A stretch of 64,000 bases of DNA, taken from Lama guanicoe (lineage: Eukaryota). The stretch's first letter is position 1. Every line of letters begins with the position of its first letter. Where the stretch lies: assembly GCA_013239625.1 (NCBI GenBank), contig MU053304.1:930001-994000 (forward strand), given 5' to 3'. A program made the translations under genes and the position numbers. This document shows positions 46,091-58,222 of this stretch, piece by piece. The notes under the pieces were generated by a model, which was not told the DNA's origin, did no database searches, and was given only the letters and a program-made list of their open reading frames with translations.

Positions 46091-49000
46091 TTGAGGTACA
46101 GTTAACATATAACATAACATGACATATAATATAACGAGTGTACAACATAGTGATTTTATATTTGTATATACTGTGAAATGATCACCACAATAAGTCTAGT
46201 AAGCATCTAGTCCCATACATAGTTATAAAATTTTTTTCTAGAATGAGCATTTATTACATGTGCAATTTTTTGAAAGGAATCTGTCATTTTATATATTTTT
46301 TAATCAACCAATTGCAAAGTTACAATTATTATACATGTTAGGAGGAGGGAAGGCATTAAAAATGGTTCTTGGACCTGAAAAGATCAGGAATACTAGCCTA
46401 AGAATTTGGGACCTCAGTCATTTGTGTGTGAAGGTGAAACGCAAGTGGCCTGCCTGGGTCCTGCTGGGATCCTCTGTAGGGGACGTCTGGTGCCCTCTAT
46501 TCAAGCTCTTTGACTTTCAGAAGAGGTTGTTAACCTGCTCCCAGCTCAGCTGCCTGTTCAAACACTGGAGTCTACACTTAACCAGCAGTAGATCAAAGCC
46601 ACAACCTCAAACTTAGCAAACATTTGCTTGAATTGAAAAACATTTATGAAGATTTGTCTTAACAGTAGTACACATTCATTCACGCATGAGAGCTCTAATT
46701 CTCATTAGCATTTATTTTGGGGTTGAATACTACATCTTAGATGATCGCATGCTTTCTCCTCCTGATAGGATTGTTTTATTTGAACCTACATGGAGTCATG
46801 CCATTGACTTAAAGAAGGAAGACTAGAATCACCAAGTCCATGACATTCACTATTTTATTTACTATAAGGATATTTTTAGGGCCTTGTTCAGTATGAAAAC
46901 ACATGGAAGCAATTCCTTTCTGGTCTTGGAATTAAACATCTGATTGGTTTTTAATCTAATGGACATTGTGAGTAAAACAGCTGGTCTTGTTTCTTTCTTT
47001 GCATGGGCTGCTAGGAAGCTCAGAGTGAAATTGTGGCTCATAGCTAATAAGTGTAGAGGACTTTCATGGGAAGCATTTTGTGTATTAATCTTATCCCTGG
47101 CTTCATATGATTTCTCCTAACCTAATTTTCTCTTCTTCCTTTAGGAGGACTTTAGTCCTCTCTGATTTCTTTAAAAAATATTTTATTAATATATTTTGTA
47201 AGCAAACTTAAATGTTTTTACTTTTTCAGTCAGGGTAGAATAAAGACACACATTAAATATTTAAAATGTTTTCACTTGGACTTATACTGAACTCTGTGCC
47301 ATTCTCTAATCTAGGAAGCTCAGGGGTTTTATTGAGTTTAAAGTTCTAATTTCAGTCTTTGAGAATAATCATTTTGTCACTGCTCCTGTGATTCCTGTGG
47401 TAGAAAGAATTTTCATCCACTTGTGTTCTTTCAAAAGACCTTTTCTTCCGTCTGATGTTTATTTTACACCCAGCACAAAAGTTATGAACTTAACCTTTAT
47501 TCTCTGGATAGTGGAATGGGATTCAGAAACTCACATCCTCATGCAGCTTTGTAATCCTGTAGAAGAATTCTAAGAATTTTGAGTTTTTAAGCTTTTTTTC
47601 CTCTTTGAACCTGGATCTGGTACAGATCAACATTAAAAAGTCACTAGTTTGTCTGAGAAGCAAACTTAAGAACAACCTGCAGTCCCTGAGGCTCATTAGA
47701 GCCTCCACTGGCCTCTAGCTCCCAGTCACCAACATGTACAACAGGGACATAAAAACCCAGTGTCTGCTTACAGAAAAAGGCATGTGTTCATTATGGAGTA
47801 ATTCTGAAGGCAGTGATCAATCTTCTTCTCAGCATATTTCTTGTAGAGAAAAAAAAAAAACCCAGAAAGTGAAGACCATAAAAAAGAAAAAATATCACCT
47901 ATTGTTCCTTTATTAACAGCTAGGGGGTTAACTTTCAAGATTTTTTAATAAAGTATTTATTATATTCAACAAATATTTACTGAGGGCCTGCTGTATGTAA
48001 ATCACTGTGTGATGTCCTGGAATAAATATAGCAGTGTTCAAAACTAGACACAGCCTCTATTCTATGCCTCCTATCCTAGATCTGCTCTACCAGAGCCCGT
48101 TTATACAAATGCCATCACCCGGTACACAGTGTTCTGACACCTGCTTTTCTCCCTGGACCGTATATTCTGGATATCTTGTCATGTCAACTTCTATACACTG
48201 ACATTGTCGTTTCAAAAGGCTGAATAATTTTATGTAGATAACTAACCAGTTTATTTTAATCAGTCCCCAAAAGTTGGGACCTTTTAGACAATTATCAAAA
48301 GCACCTCTGTTGCAACCTGATACATACAGACCTGTGTGCTAGTCTTATGATTTCAAAATGTTCTTCAACCTCAGATGCACCAGTGTGGAAAACTGGCCCC
48401 AGGTTGCCCATAATCTTTCTGGGTTTTCTAGTTCAATGACTTCTGCCTGTACCTTGGTAATCATCTTGTGCATGAAGCCTGACTCGTTCACATTCAGGTC
48501 TAGCTGACCAAGAATGCTCAGGAGATGATGGAAGAGAGCATCTGGCTTCTTCCTTATAATGGCCTTAGTTTCTGCAGTGACGGCATCCTCTCTTGTTGAT
48601 CTTGGAGTTAATGGTTACACTGCTTCGTCACTTCTGGTGGTAGAAGGAACCAGCTCTTTCTATTTATGCCTTCTTTGAGAACTGACACTCTTTTCCTGCA
48701 TAATCCTGGTGCTATTAGCCCACTGGGGGATATAGGAAAGGGGCTACAAATAACTTACCTGATGCCAAGACAATCTCCTGGCAGGATGTGCCTGGCTTAA
48801 AGGAAAGCATAAAGAATTAGTCTGTAGACACATGGTAGGTGGACCAATGAAGGGTTCTGACCAGGATTTCTGGTGCTAGGGAAGTACTCCATGGCCATGA
48901 CTGGCCATGGTGCAGTGAGATCAAGCATCACCTTTTCCACCCTGACTCATTTCCGTTTCCATTACTCAGGCTGCGGAGGTTAAGGACAGTGAAGATGTCA

Positions 49001-49558
49001 GGCAGCTTGTTCTTAGGGCCCCAAACGTGGAGAGAGAGGTGTAGGGCAAGACTGAAGAGGGTATCAGGGGCCTGGAAATCAGAGGAGAGGCATTGAGAAA
49101 GAATTCTGTGTGAAAAAGTACGTATGTTTAAGGATGTTCACTGTAGTACTGTTTATAAAAGTGAAAGATTGGGAAAATGTATATATCCATCAGTAGGTGA
49201 GCGATGTGTTAAAAAAGGAACAAAAAGTATTGAGAATGCATGTGAGTTGATTGCTTCCTTAGCATTTCATGCTTCCTTACTATAATAACGTAATTTTGAT
49301 TCACATAATCTGCCATCCCTCTTGCAGTCTACTCATTTCAGGGAAGCTAACCCAACCCAACTCATGGGTGGGCTCTGTGTGGTCTAAGCCAATCAGCACA
49401 CTCCAGCCCCCCGCCCCGCCCCATCCACATCACTTGGGGTCATGTGACCCAAGGTGGTCCAATTAGAGTGAATTGTATAAGACTCTTCCTTGGAATGCTG
49501 GGAGAGGTACAGACTTGTGGACACTTTCTCTGGAGGTGGACAAAGACCCTATTACAGC

Positions 49559-50065
49559 TGCAAGGGAGGCAATATTTTCCCTGTACTGTATTAAGGTTTT
49601 TCAGCTGGGCCTAAGATTTAAACTGACATAAGGCAGATAAATGGGAGAAAAGCATACACATTTATATAAATTTAATATGACATAAATTTTCCTCACAAGG
49701 AAATGAACACCCCGAGAAATGGCAAAACCTACATGCTTTTACATTAGGTTTAACAAAGAGAGGCAATTGTAGAAAAGTTACTAAACTATCTGGGGAGGCT
49801 AAGGGAAGATAAGAATTATTTTAATGAGGTCTGTCTGTATAGAATTCTCTCAGTCCCAACTTTTGCTCCTTGAGATAAGAATATTGCTTGCTTTCTGGTA
49901 CAGGGAGGGCTACTTTGACATGGGAGATTTTATCTCCTGTTTTCAGGAAGAACAGGGGAGACTAGAATGACTTTCTTGCACTATCTGTGTTTTAAGTACT
50001 TTTTGCTCAAAATATCTTTATGCCAAAGTGGTATATTTTGGGATAGCATATTTTGCCTCCCTTCA
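49559..50065 (-). mobile_element. ERV1 solo LTR (MER34-like)
   Basis: TG...CA termini; minus strand begins TGAAGGGAGGCAAAATATGCTATCCCAAAATATACCACTTTGGCATAAAG; similar to 41961-42628. Confidence 0.75.
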
Positions 50066-50075
50066 TGGCCCTGGG

Positions 50076-51227
50076 TGCACAATGGAGCAGGATTCTGTGG
50101 GAACTTCCCGGGACAGATCCTTCCTCCATGTCCTCTGCCTGCCTCTTGTTTGCAGAAAGGCTGTAGTCTCCCAGGCCTCCCCTGAGTCACAAAAGCTTGG
50201 CTCATGAATTAATGATTGAAAGGATGTGAATATGTAGTGACAAAACTAGCAGTTGGGCTAGTGTCAAGGAAAAGCTGGGCTGGTCTAACAAGATAACTCA
50301 CAAGTCTAAGAATGTGAAAGAGAGGCTGGGCTGGGCTAACAATTCACAAATCTAAGTATTGGAATACTGATCTGAGTTCTGCTGGACTAATTGGTAAATC
50401 TAAGTTAATTAGTGTTGGTTTGCTGTTCATGTTTTTTCGCTAGCCAGCTGGATTTTCAAAGAGATATATCTGGCTTTGGAATGTTGGTTTGCTGCCTCCC
50501 TGCCTCCACTTTTGTGATAACGATGTTGCTAAAGCTGTTCCATGCCTATTGGCCAAATACCCCAAGCTTGTACTTTACCCTATAAAACCTCATGCACACG
50601 CCTTGGAGGTGCTCAGAGCTTCAGAGCAGAAGCCCCTCTGAGCCTGCTGGCATAATACATCTGAATACTCCAACCCTCCGAGTGGTGCTTGTTTCTTGGC
50701 TGGCCTGTTGTTTCCGTAACACTAGGAGAACTGGTAAGAATTTAAACTGTAAATCAGCTATATGGTAGTCACAGAATCTTTAGTTCCTCCCTGAAGTATC
50801 TAGATAACAGTATGTGATGCACATTTCCTGAGTTGTTTTACAGATGCTAAAGCCCCCACCAAATGGAAGAAGTTAAGTATTTGATGACCACGATCACGCA
50901 CGTAGCCCTCCAGACCTACTGGAGCCTGAGGACTGATAATATTAACCCTTGTGACACTGCCCCATAACCTCACGATCAACCAATCAGAGAATTTTGCACA
51001 AGCTGATCAAGCAGCTTGTGACTCTTCCTTCCTCACCTTGCCTTTAAGGGAAGCATTTGCTTCCCTGAAACCCATCAGGGAGTTTTGGTTCTTTGAACAT
51101 TAGCTATCCTGGACTCCTTGTCTGGCACCTTGTAATAAATGCTGCACTTTTCCTTCACTACAGCCTGGTGTCAGTAAATTGGCTTTACTGCATAGGGGTG
51201 AGAGAACCCAAGTTCAGTTCAGTAACA
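50076..51227 (+). mobile_element. ERV1-like solo LTR (outer), left boundary approximate
   Basis: CCAATCAG box, AATAAA near 51134, ends TTCAGTAACA. Confidence 0.6.
50262..50721 (+). mobile_element. Younger nested solo LTR (460 bp)
   Basis: TG...CA termini, perfect 4-bp TSD CTAG on both sides, TATAAAA at 50581, internal direct repeats. Confidence 0.85.
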
Positions 51228-53908
51228 GGTCCTGTTGGCAGCCATCTTACAACCACAAGGAGAGTCAGTTTTAGCCCCAAGCTGACTTCATGGAAGGCAG
51301 CGTGAAGAGAAAGAAATGGGATTTTTGGATTAAGCCTCACCCCAGAGCCAGCCTGACCTGTAGACTCTCTACAGGTCATGAGCCACGGTTTTCCTTATTG
51401 CCTAAGCCAGATGGAGCTAGATCTCCCCTCCCTGTAAGACAGCCTGACTGGTAGCACAGGCAGATCCATTGAGCAGTGCTGGGAGCTGGTGCTGCTGAGG
51501 GCTGCAAAGGCTCATTCAATCAATTATGAAACAGTCATATGATGACACATCACGCAGCTGCTAAAAATGAGATATTGCATGAAACGATTTCAACAAGAAG
51601 TGAAAAGAGCAGGTATCAAACATACGGCATGAAATCCTATATATTCAGAGGGGAAAAGATCCTTTTTAACCACGTGATCTGTTGGTGGAGTAGGGGAAGG
51701 TAGGGGCAGGAGAGAGGGATCCTGTTTTTCTCAGTTATCTCAGCTTGAATCCTATCTGATGCCTGAGGGAAGAGAGGGCACCCCCTCCTCCAGAGAGATC
51801 TGTCCAGAGGGTGAACCAGAAGCACGGGGGCTGGGGGTTGGGGGGAGGGGATCTGCTCTTTGAAATGCCAAGGTTGGGGGTGCACAGACAGACTACAAGC
51901 CTTAAAATGCCCAGCGCTTATGACACAAGAGTCATCACAGGGGGATCTATTCCCTTGGAGAGGGCCTGAGACCAGAACCTCCTGGCTCTAGGGGAGGAGG
52001 GAGCAGGGTCCCTGGATAGGGGAGAGCTGGCTCATTTAGAGCCTTGTCTAGCTTCCTGGAATTTGAGCTTCTGGTGGGCAACAACTGTCTTGTTTTGAGT
52101 CCCCAGTCACCCAGGACTACTGTGGGCAGTTCTGAATAAAGGAGACCAGGCCATGGTGAGGGTGGGGCTCAGACAGCAAAAGTAGGGGTTTAACACCTGC
52201 ATGCCCCCAGTGAGCTGAAGCCCCAGATACTGGGTGCCTGCCTTTTGTCATCAAGCCTGACTTTGCAGCTGAAAATATTGCTTTCTGGCAGTTTCAGTAA
52301 TTTCTCCTTTAAATGCAAATATTATTTTTAAGGCACCTCCAGCCCAGGGAAGTCTAGATCTGCTTAACTGCTCTCAGTGGGAACATGCAACTTTAAAGTC
52401 CTTGAAAAGGAGAATCCAATACTGAGGAATTTGCATATTCGGAAAGCTTTCAATAGAAGGCTGAGCCTTGGAGCCTGTGAATAAAGCCTGTGTTTGCTGT
52501 TCCACATGAACAGTACAGAAGGGATAAGCGAAAGGAGGCACACTGCATCCAGCCGGTGGGGGAAGTGCATTTGCCAAGAGCTGTGAGGGTTCTGGGATGT
52601 GTGTGTTGAGTCACTTCTCCTCTGCAAGTTTCCAGGGAGCTGGTTTGCATGAGGTAAATATGCAACCTTATTCCCGATGCCAAGGGCCACTTGCTCTGTA
52701 ACCTCGTCTTACCTCAAGGATATGGCCCTTGTGGGGAGGGGCAGGGCAGCCCAGTGGGCAATGTTGGGGAGGGGCGGATTCTGGCTGTTTGATGTTTATG
52801 TGGGATTCATCCCCATGCTCAGATGGGCTCCTTTTCCATCCCTTCTCACTTCACAAGGGACCTGTGGTGACCATGGCAGTCAGGAGATCTCACCAATGTG
52901 GTTTACTAGTGCTTCCTTCGGCCCCATCCCTTGTCTGCCTTTAGGCTCTGGAGAGGCTGAAAGAGAAAGCCTTGAGAAGGAAGGAAGCAAGCTCAAAAGT
53001 TCTACCCACCAAAATCGGCCCAAGGTTTCAGGCCTCAGTACCCAGTAGCCCATCGTGGGTACTTGGCTAGACCCACAGGAAGTGCCCCAGAGGTCACAGT
53101 GAGAAGGATGCACTGTTTGACCAACACCCCACCCCGCCACACGCTGAGTCCTCCCTCTGTGGCCTGTGGTCTGCCTGCTGGGTGTATCCTCTTAGAAGAA
53201 TGAACACCAGCAAAGGACCAGAGACCCTACGAAGTCACCGCTCCAATTCTTGCTGCAGGTCCTGAGTGTGATCTTGGGATCAAATTGCTGACGGGTCCGG
53301 ACGTGTGACCTCAGATGCCCCTGGAAGCCAGTGACATGATGGGATGTCATTCCAGGCGAGTTTATTCTAAGACCAGCCTATACACTAGACCAAGACATTA
53401 CCCTTGACTTTATTTCTGCTATTAACGAACCAAACAAGGTAATAAAATGGACAACAAACTAGTAGAACAAAATGCCTCCCCATGTGGCCTCCTTCCCCCA
53501 GAAAAATGGTATGCAACACCCTACTCTTTCTTTCTTCCTCTTTCCCTGTCTTTTCTTCCTTCTCTCTCTCCTATCCTTCTCTTCCTTTCTTTCAATCCAA
53601 ACACAGTGTTATTGACCTCTTTCTATATACCAGGCACTGTTCTAGGAGCTGGTGATACTCTAGGTATCAGCACATAGAAAATAAAAAAAGATTCCTGGCC
53701 CATTAGAGCTTAAAGGCTGGAGGAGGGAGACAAGTAATAAGTAATCACCATGAGCAATAAGTAAATTTGACAGCATACTAGGTATGCTATATAGGGTACT
53801 GAGGGCCATGGAGGATGGAGGTGAGTAGGGTTGTGCAGTTTGAAACAGGGCAGTCAAGATGGACCCCACTGAGAAAAAATGACATTTGAGCAAAGCATTG
53901 AAGGCACG

Positions 53909-54270
53909 TGTAGGGGAGGAAAAAGATCTTTTTCTTATATCCTTCTAAATTCTTGGCTGGGGCACCTGTAACAAAAGACAGATTAATAACAGAAAAACAT
54001 ACAAGCTTATTTAATATAAGTTTTATGTGACACGGGAGCCTACATAAGGAAAGGAAGACCTGAGGAAGCTGTTAAACCTGACCCTTTTTATGCTCGGTTT
54101 GAGGATAATTAAAATGTGATAGTCACCTGTGTCTTGGAGTTGAGGATGCTTCTTTCCTCCGGGTCTGTGGAGGGCATCTCTCACGGGACGGTCTTATCAC
54201 TTGTTTCAGGGGAAGGTCACTGAGTCCTTCCTGAGTTTGTTTCTCAGATTCCTCCAGCTTAAGGTTGCTA
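53909..54270 (-). mobile_element. Truncated MER34-like LTR inside an L2 fragment
   Basis: Shares TTCTTGGCTGG...CAGATTAATAACAGAAAAACATAC motifs with the other two copies. Confidence 0.55.
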
Positions 54271-54506
54271 TGGGCTAGCAGGGAAAGAGTGTGCCAAGCA
54301 CGGGGAATGGCCAGCACAGAGGCCTAGTGTGAGAGGGTGCCTGGCACTGGCGAGAAACAGCAGGAAGTTCTCCATAGCTGTAGCAGAGTAGGCGGGGCAC
54401 CACGGGAGGTGCAGTTAGAGAGGGAAGCGGGCTTTGTACGGACCAGGCTTTTGCTCCGAGTGAGACGGAGACCACTGGAGGATTTTGAAATCACTCTCAT
54501 GGAAAA

Positions 54507-54910
54507 TGTCAAGAATACACTGACAACCTCACCTTGACCTTGGGCTCTGTCCTTGGCTTGCTTAGTCCGGTTTTAACAGAAATCCTGCTGGATCAGTTTA
54601 GCCAGAACCTTCTACCCTTGTATCTGAGCACCTACGGACACTTCCCCACTGAGAGCTTATCAGCGTGGGGTGCCTTCAACAAGAATCCTATCAAGTCGGT
54701 TGAGCTAGAGTTCCCCCTTGCCCTCATGTTCCTCTTAGTAATTTTCCATTCACTGACTCCACCTTGCTCCTTGGCTATAAATCCCCACTTGTCTTTGTTT
54801 CAGAATGGAGCTCCATTCTCTACTGAGGTCTTGCCTTTCCCATTGAAGTAGTTCCTGATTAAAATTTGCCTTCATTGCTTTGAATTTCGTCCAGCTGTGA
54901 TCTTTCTACA
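54507..54910 (+). mobile_element. ERV1-like solo LTR (MER31-like)
   Basis: TG...CA termini, GGCTATAAATCCCC TATA, ATTAAA poly(A) signal. Confidence 0.6.
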
Positions 54911-55201
54911 CGAAGTAGAGAGACAAGTATGATGAACCCAGCACATACCAATCACACTTATTCCCCAAAGATCAATGGCCCGCTTGTTTCATCTGTATCC
55001 CCATTTCCCAGCTCCCTGACATCACATCATTTCATCCATAAGTATTCTTGTATGTATCCTTGAATGATAAGAACTTCTTTTAAGTCTACATAAAATCAGT
55101 TTCATACCAAAAAATTTACAACAATTCCTTAATAGAGTCAAATATCTAGTCTTCATGTTAGTAGAGGTTTCTTTGCAGAGGAGTGACATACTCTGATTTA
55201 C

Positions 55202-55293
55202 TTTTTTTTTTTAATGGAGGTACTGGGGACTGAATCCAGGACCTTTGCGCGCTAAGCCATGCTCTACCACTGAGCTATAACACCACCCACCCT
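55202..55293 (-). mobile_element. Vic-1-like SINE
   Basis: tRNA-Ala-like head on the minus strand, poly(A) tail, TTTACTTTT on both flanks. Confidence 0.8.
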
Positions 55294-55324
55294 ACTTTAC
55301 TTTTTAAGTGGTCAGATTGTGCAG

Positions 55325-55810
55325 TGCACCCGGATATCTCATACTGTAGTCCGAGAGGATTGGATGGTATAACCACTTTGGAAACTAGCATGGCAGTTTC
55401 TTATCAAGTTAACCATATACCTACCTCAGGACCCAGCAATTCCATTCCTAGGTATTTACCAAAGAGAAATGAAAACCTTGATCTACAGAAAGAATTATAC
55501 AAACATGTTCTTAGCAACTTTATTTTAAAGTCCCCAACTTGGAAACCATCTGATTGTCCATTAACAGGTGAGTTGATAAACACGCATGGCATGGTCACAC
55601 AATGAAATGCTACTCAGAAAGGAAAAGGAATAAACTGTTGATATATACAGAAATATCAGTTAGGTTCAAAATATTGTATGGAGCAAAAGAAGCCAGAGAC
55701 AGGAGTGCACAGACTGCTTCCACTTTATATGGGTTTCGAGAGCAGACAGAACTATGTGTCTCTCTGTCCATAGTGACAGAAATTAAACCAGTGGTTGTTT
55801 TGTGGTCACA
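55325..55810 (+). mobile_element. Old L1 (L1M) ORF2 end / 3'UTR
   Basis: ACCACTTTGGAAA...GACCCAGCAATTCCATTCCTAGGTATTTACCAAAGAGAAATGAAA. Confidence 0.8.
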
Positions 55811-57857
55811 GATACTGATTAGTGGAGAGGGGCTGGTTGATGGGGAGACTGGTGGTGAGCTTGGAAGTCTCAGAGGGTATGTGGGAGGTTTGAAGACAGA
55901 AAAGATCTTGGGGGATGTGAGGTGATTTGATCCCCCGCAGCAATGAGGCCAACCTGGAGTTCGAGATGGTGAATTTAGAGTGAGTCTGGCGTGCTTGGCT
56001 GTGCTTCCCCGAGTTGGCTGCACAAATGCACTTGCGCAGGAGACAGAGAACTGGGTTTCACCAGGGCGTGGTTTTGCCAAGTGAGTAAGATGAAGGGAAA
56101 CAAGGACGTTTCAGGCACCAAATCAATTCCTAACTCCATCAGACCAAAAAGACTTTCTTTTTGCTTGTTCCCACACATAAAGTCCCCAAATATGTATGAA
56201 ACATTAATCACCAAAGGTGCAATATACACCCCAAATATCCTCCATCCCACTTCTCCTAGTCAGCTCTGTCCAGCTTCAGGGACTCACTCAGGGGCCTACT
56301 GGGAGCCATGGGCTGTTTGAGCAACTGTAGTCTCGGGAATCTTCCACGCACACGACCTCCTTGGAGACAGCTCGTCAGCACATTAAAAGCACCTCCTATC
56401 ACACCTGCAGATAGAGCACCGTAAGCTAAAACTAAACTGCACGTTGTGCAGCAGACAGCAATCCAAATGCCAATGTCCCGAGTATAATCAGATTCTCCAG
56501 AATGTGGTACAAGCAGTTCACTTGACCGCTGGAGGTGGGCTGGCAAAAGAAGGGTAGAAAAAGTGGAGGGGGGAGGAAAAAGGTTTAAGGAGAATCCAGT
56601 CCCAGGGGTTCAGTGCCTTCATGGGGTCAGTCAGCCCAGACCCTCCATCCTGAGTCCAGCAGAAGACAAGTGGGCTTTTCCACTCGTCTAGTTTATACTC
56701 AGCTGGGATCACTCACCCCGGACTTGAACAGCATTCTTTAGCTCTTAACCTCCTGGAGGAGGCTGAGCTTGAATTCTTTGCTTCAGCCCTGCAGCTGGGA
56801 CCAAATGGCCCTCTTCCTTGGATAGCTTCCTCCTTGGCAGCCAGTGATGCTACACTTCTGGCAGTAAGGTGCCTCAAGGCTTCTTGGTCCCAGTCCTTCT
56901 ACCAGCTCACGGCTCTGTTCCTCCCAGCTTTGGCCAGGAATACATCCTGGGACGCTGACGAGGGCGCTTTGCTGGTTCAAATCCCTGCCGTCCCTGCTCC
57001 GAGTCTCTGAGGCTGGCTGTGTGAGGTGTGATAACGTAAATTACCCGCATATTATTAATGTATATGCTGCCTCTGCATATGCGGAGGAGAAGTTACCTGG
57101 TGATAGAGGGTCTTCCTGATCTTCCCCGTGCAGATGGAAATTGCAACAGCAGTGTGAAGAGCTGTGCTTCCTCCAGTGGGTCACCAGTGGGTCGCCAGTG
57201 GGTCACCAGATTCTGCAGGTCTGGTTTACTGCCCTTCCTGACAAGGAACTGAGCCTGGGACCTTAGGCAGGAGACAGAAGAGGCTGTACTTGGGTGTTCT
57301 GCTTGAGTTTTATGACTGGATTTGTCAGTTCAGTTCCCTGATCATGTTTACTAACTCTAACTGTAACCCTCCAGGCTTCATGACCAGGGGGAGAGTGGTT
57401 GCCCCCTGGAGGTGGAGGTGGAATGGAGACCACTATGTCTGCAAAACTCAGAACCTTCCAGCTGGTCCTAGGATCCTGGCACCAATGAGCTGAGTGACCA
57501 GATGGGCATTTGCAGGATGGGGCCTTTTGAACTGGGCTCTGCCCTTCACTTCTTGTACTCCCATCTTGTGTACCTCTGCCACCCTTGGGTGGATTGCTCC
57601 CGTGGGACAGACCTAACTTTCTCAAGAATAACCAACCTGTGGTCTAGAGACCATTCAGAGTCAAGGTCTGAGTTCAGACTGGTGAGGATGCTAAGTCCTC
57701 AAGCCTAGCTTCAACCAGGCTGTCTCCAGTCTGAACTCACAGCCATGCAACCTTAGTTACTGCACTGTGTTCACAAATATACTCGGTCACACTTTCTAGC
57801 TCTGAATTTCAAAAGCACCTATTGGAGCTATTGCTTGAAATTGGCAGTAATTAAAAT

Positions 57858-58222
57858 ACACTTGAACAATGTGGAGGGTTAATTTGAGTATAAATTTATA
57901 GTTGGCGGAGAGGGATCCAGGGATCCCCTTGAACTAAGACCTCTGCTATCACTGCTCAGTGGTAGAGTGTGTGCCTAGCATGCACGAGGTCCTGGGTTCA
58001 ATCCCCAGTACCTCCATTACAAATACATAAATACATAAATAAATCTAATCACCCCCCCCAAAAAAAGAAAAAAAAGTGAAAAAAACATTTGTAGCTGGCC
58101 TTCCATACCTGTGGTTCCTCCCATCCTCAGATTCAACCAACCACAATCATGTAGTACTGTAGTAATTACTGTTGAAAATATTTGCATGCACTTCAAACCC
58201 GAGTTGTTCAAGGGGTCAACTG
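57858..58222. mobile_element. Tigger2-type (TcMar) non-autonomous element interrupted by the SINE
   Basis: Right end TTCAAACCCGAGTTGTTCAAGGGGTCAACTG resembles the Tigger2/MER8 TIR; left CTTGAACAATG remnant. Confidence 0.6.
57907..58085 (+). mobile_element. Vic-1-like SINE with foreign insert in its 5' head
   Basis: GCTCAGTGGTAGAGTGTGTGCCTAGCATGCACGAGGTCCTGGGTTCAATCCCCAGTACCTCCA; TSD-like ATTTATAGTTGGC / ATTTGTAGCTGGC. Confidence 0.85.

Larger units (their letters stand above)
49300..51460 (+). mobile_element. MLT1-type MaLR LTR split by younger LTR insertions
   Basis: GGTCTAAGCCAATCAG...CATGTGACCCAA on the left; GGCAGCCATCTT...TTCCTTATTGCCTAAGCCAG on the right. Confidence 0.6.

Noticed and set aside
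57950..58016. tRNA-Ala(AGC)-like sequences (also near 25095, 42276 and 55215)
   Set aside because: Diverged stems, A-rich tails and TSDs mark them as SINE copies, not tRNA genes
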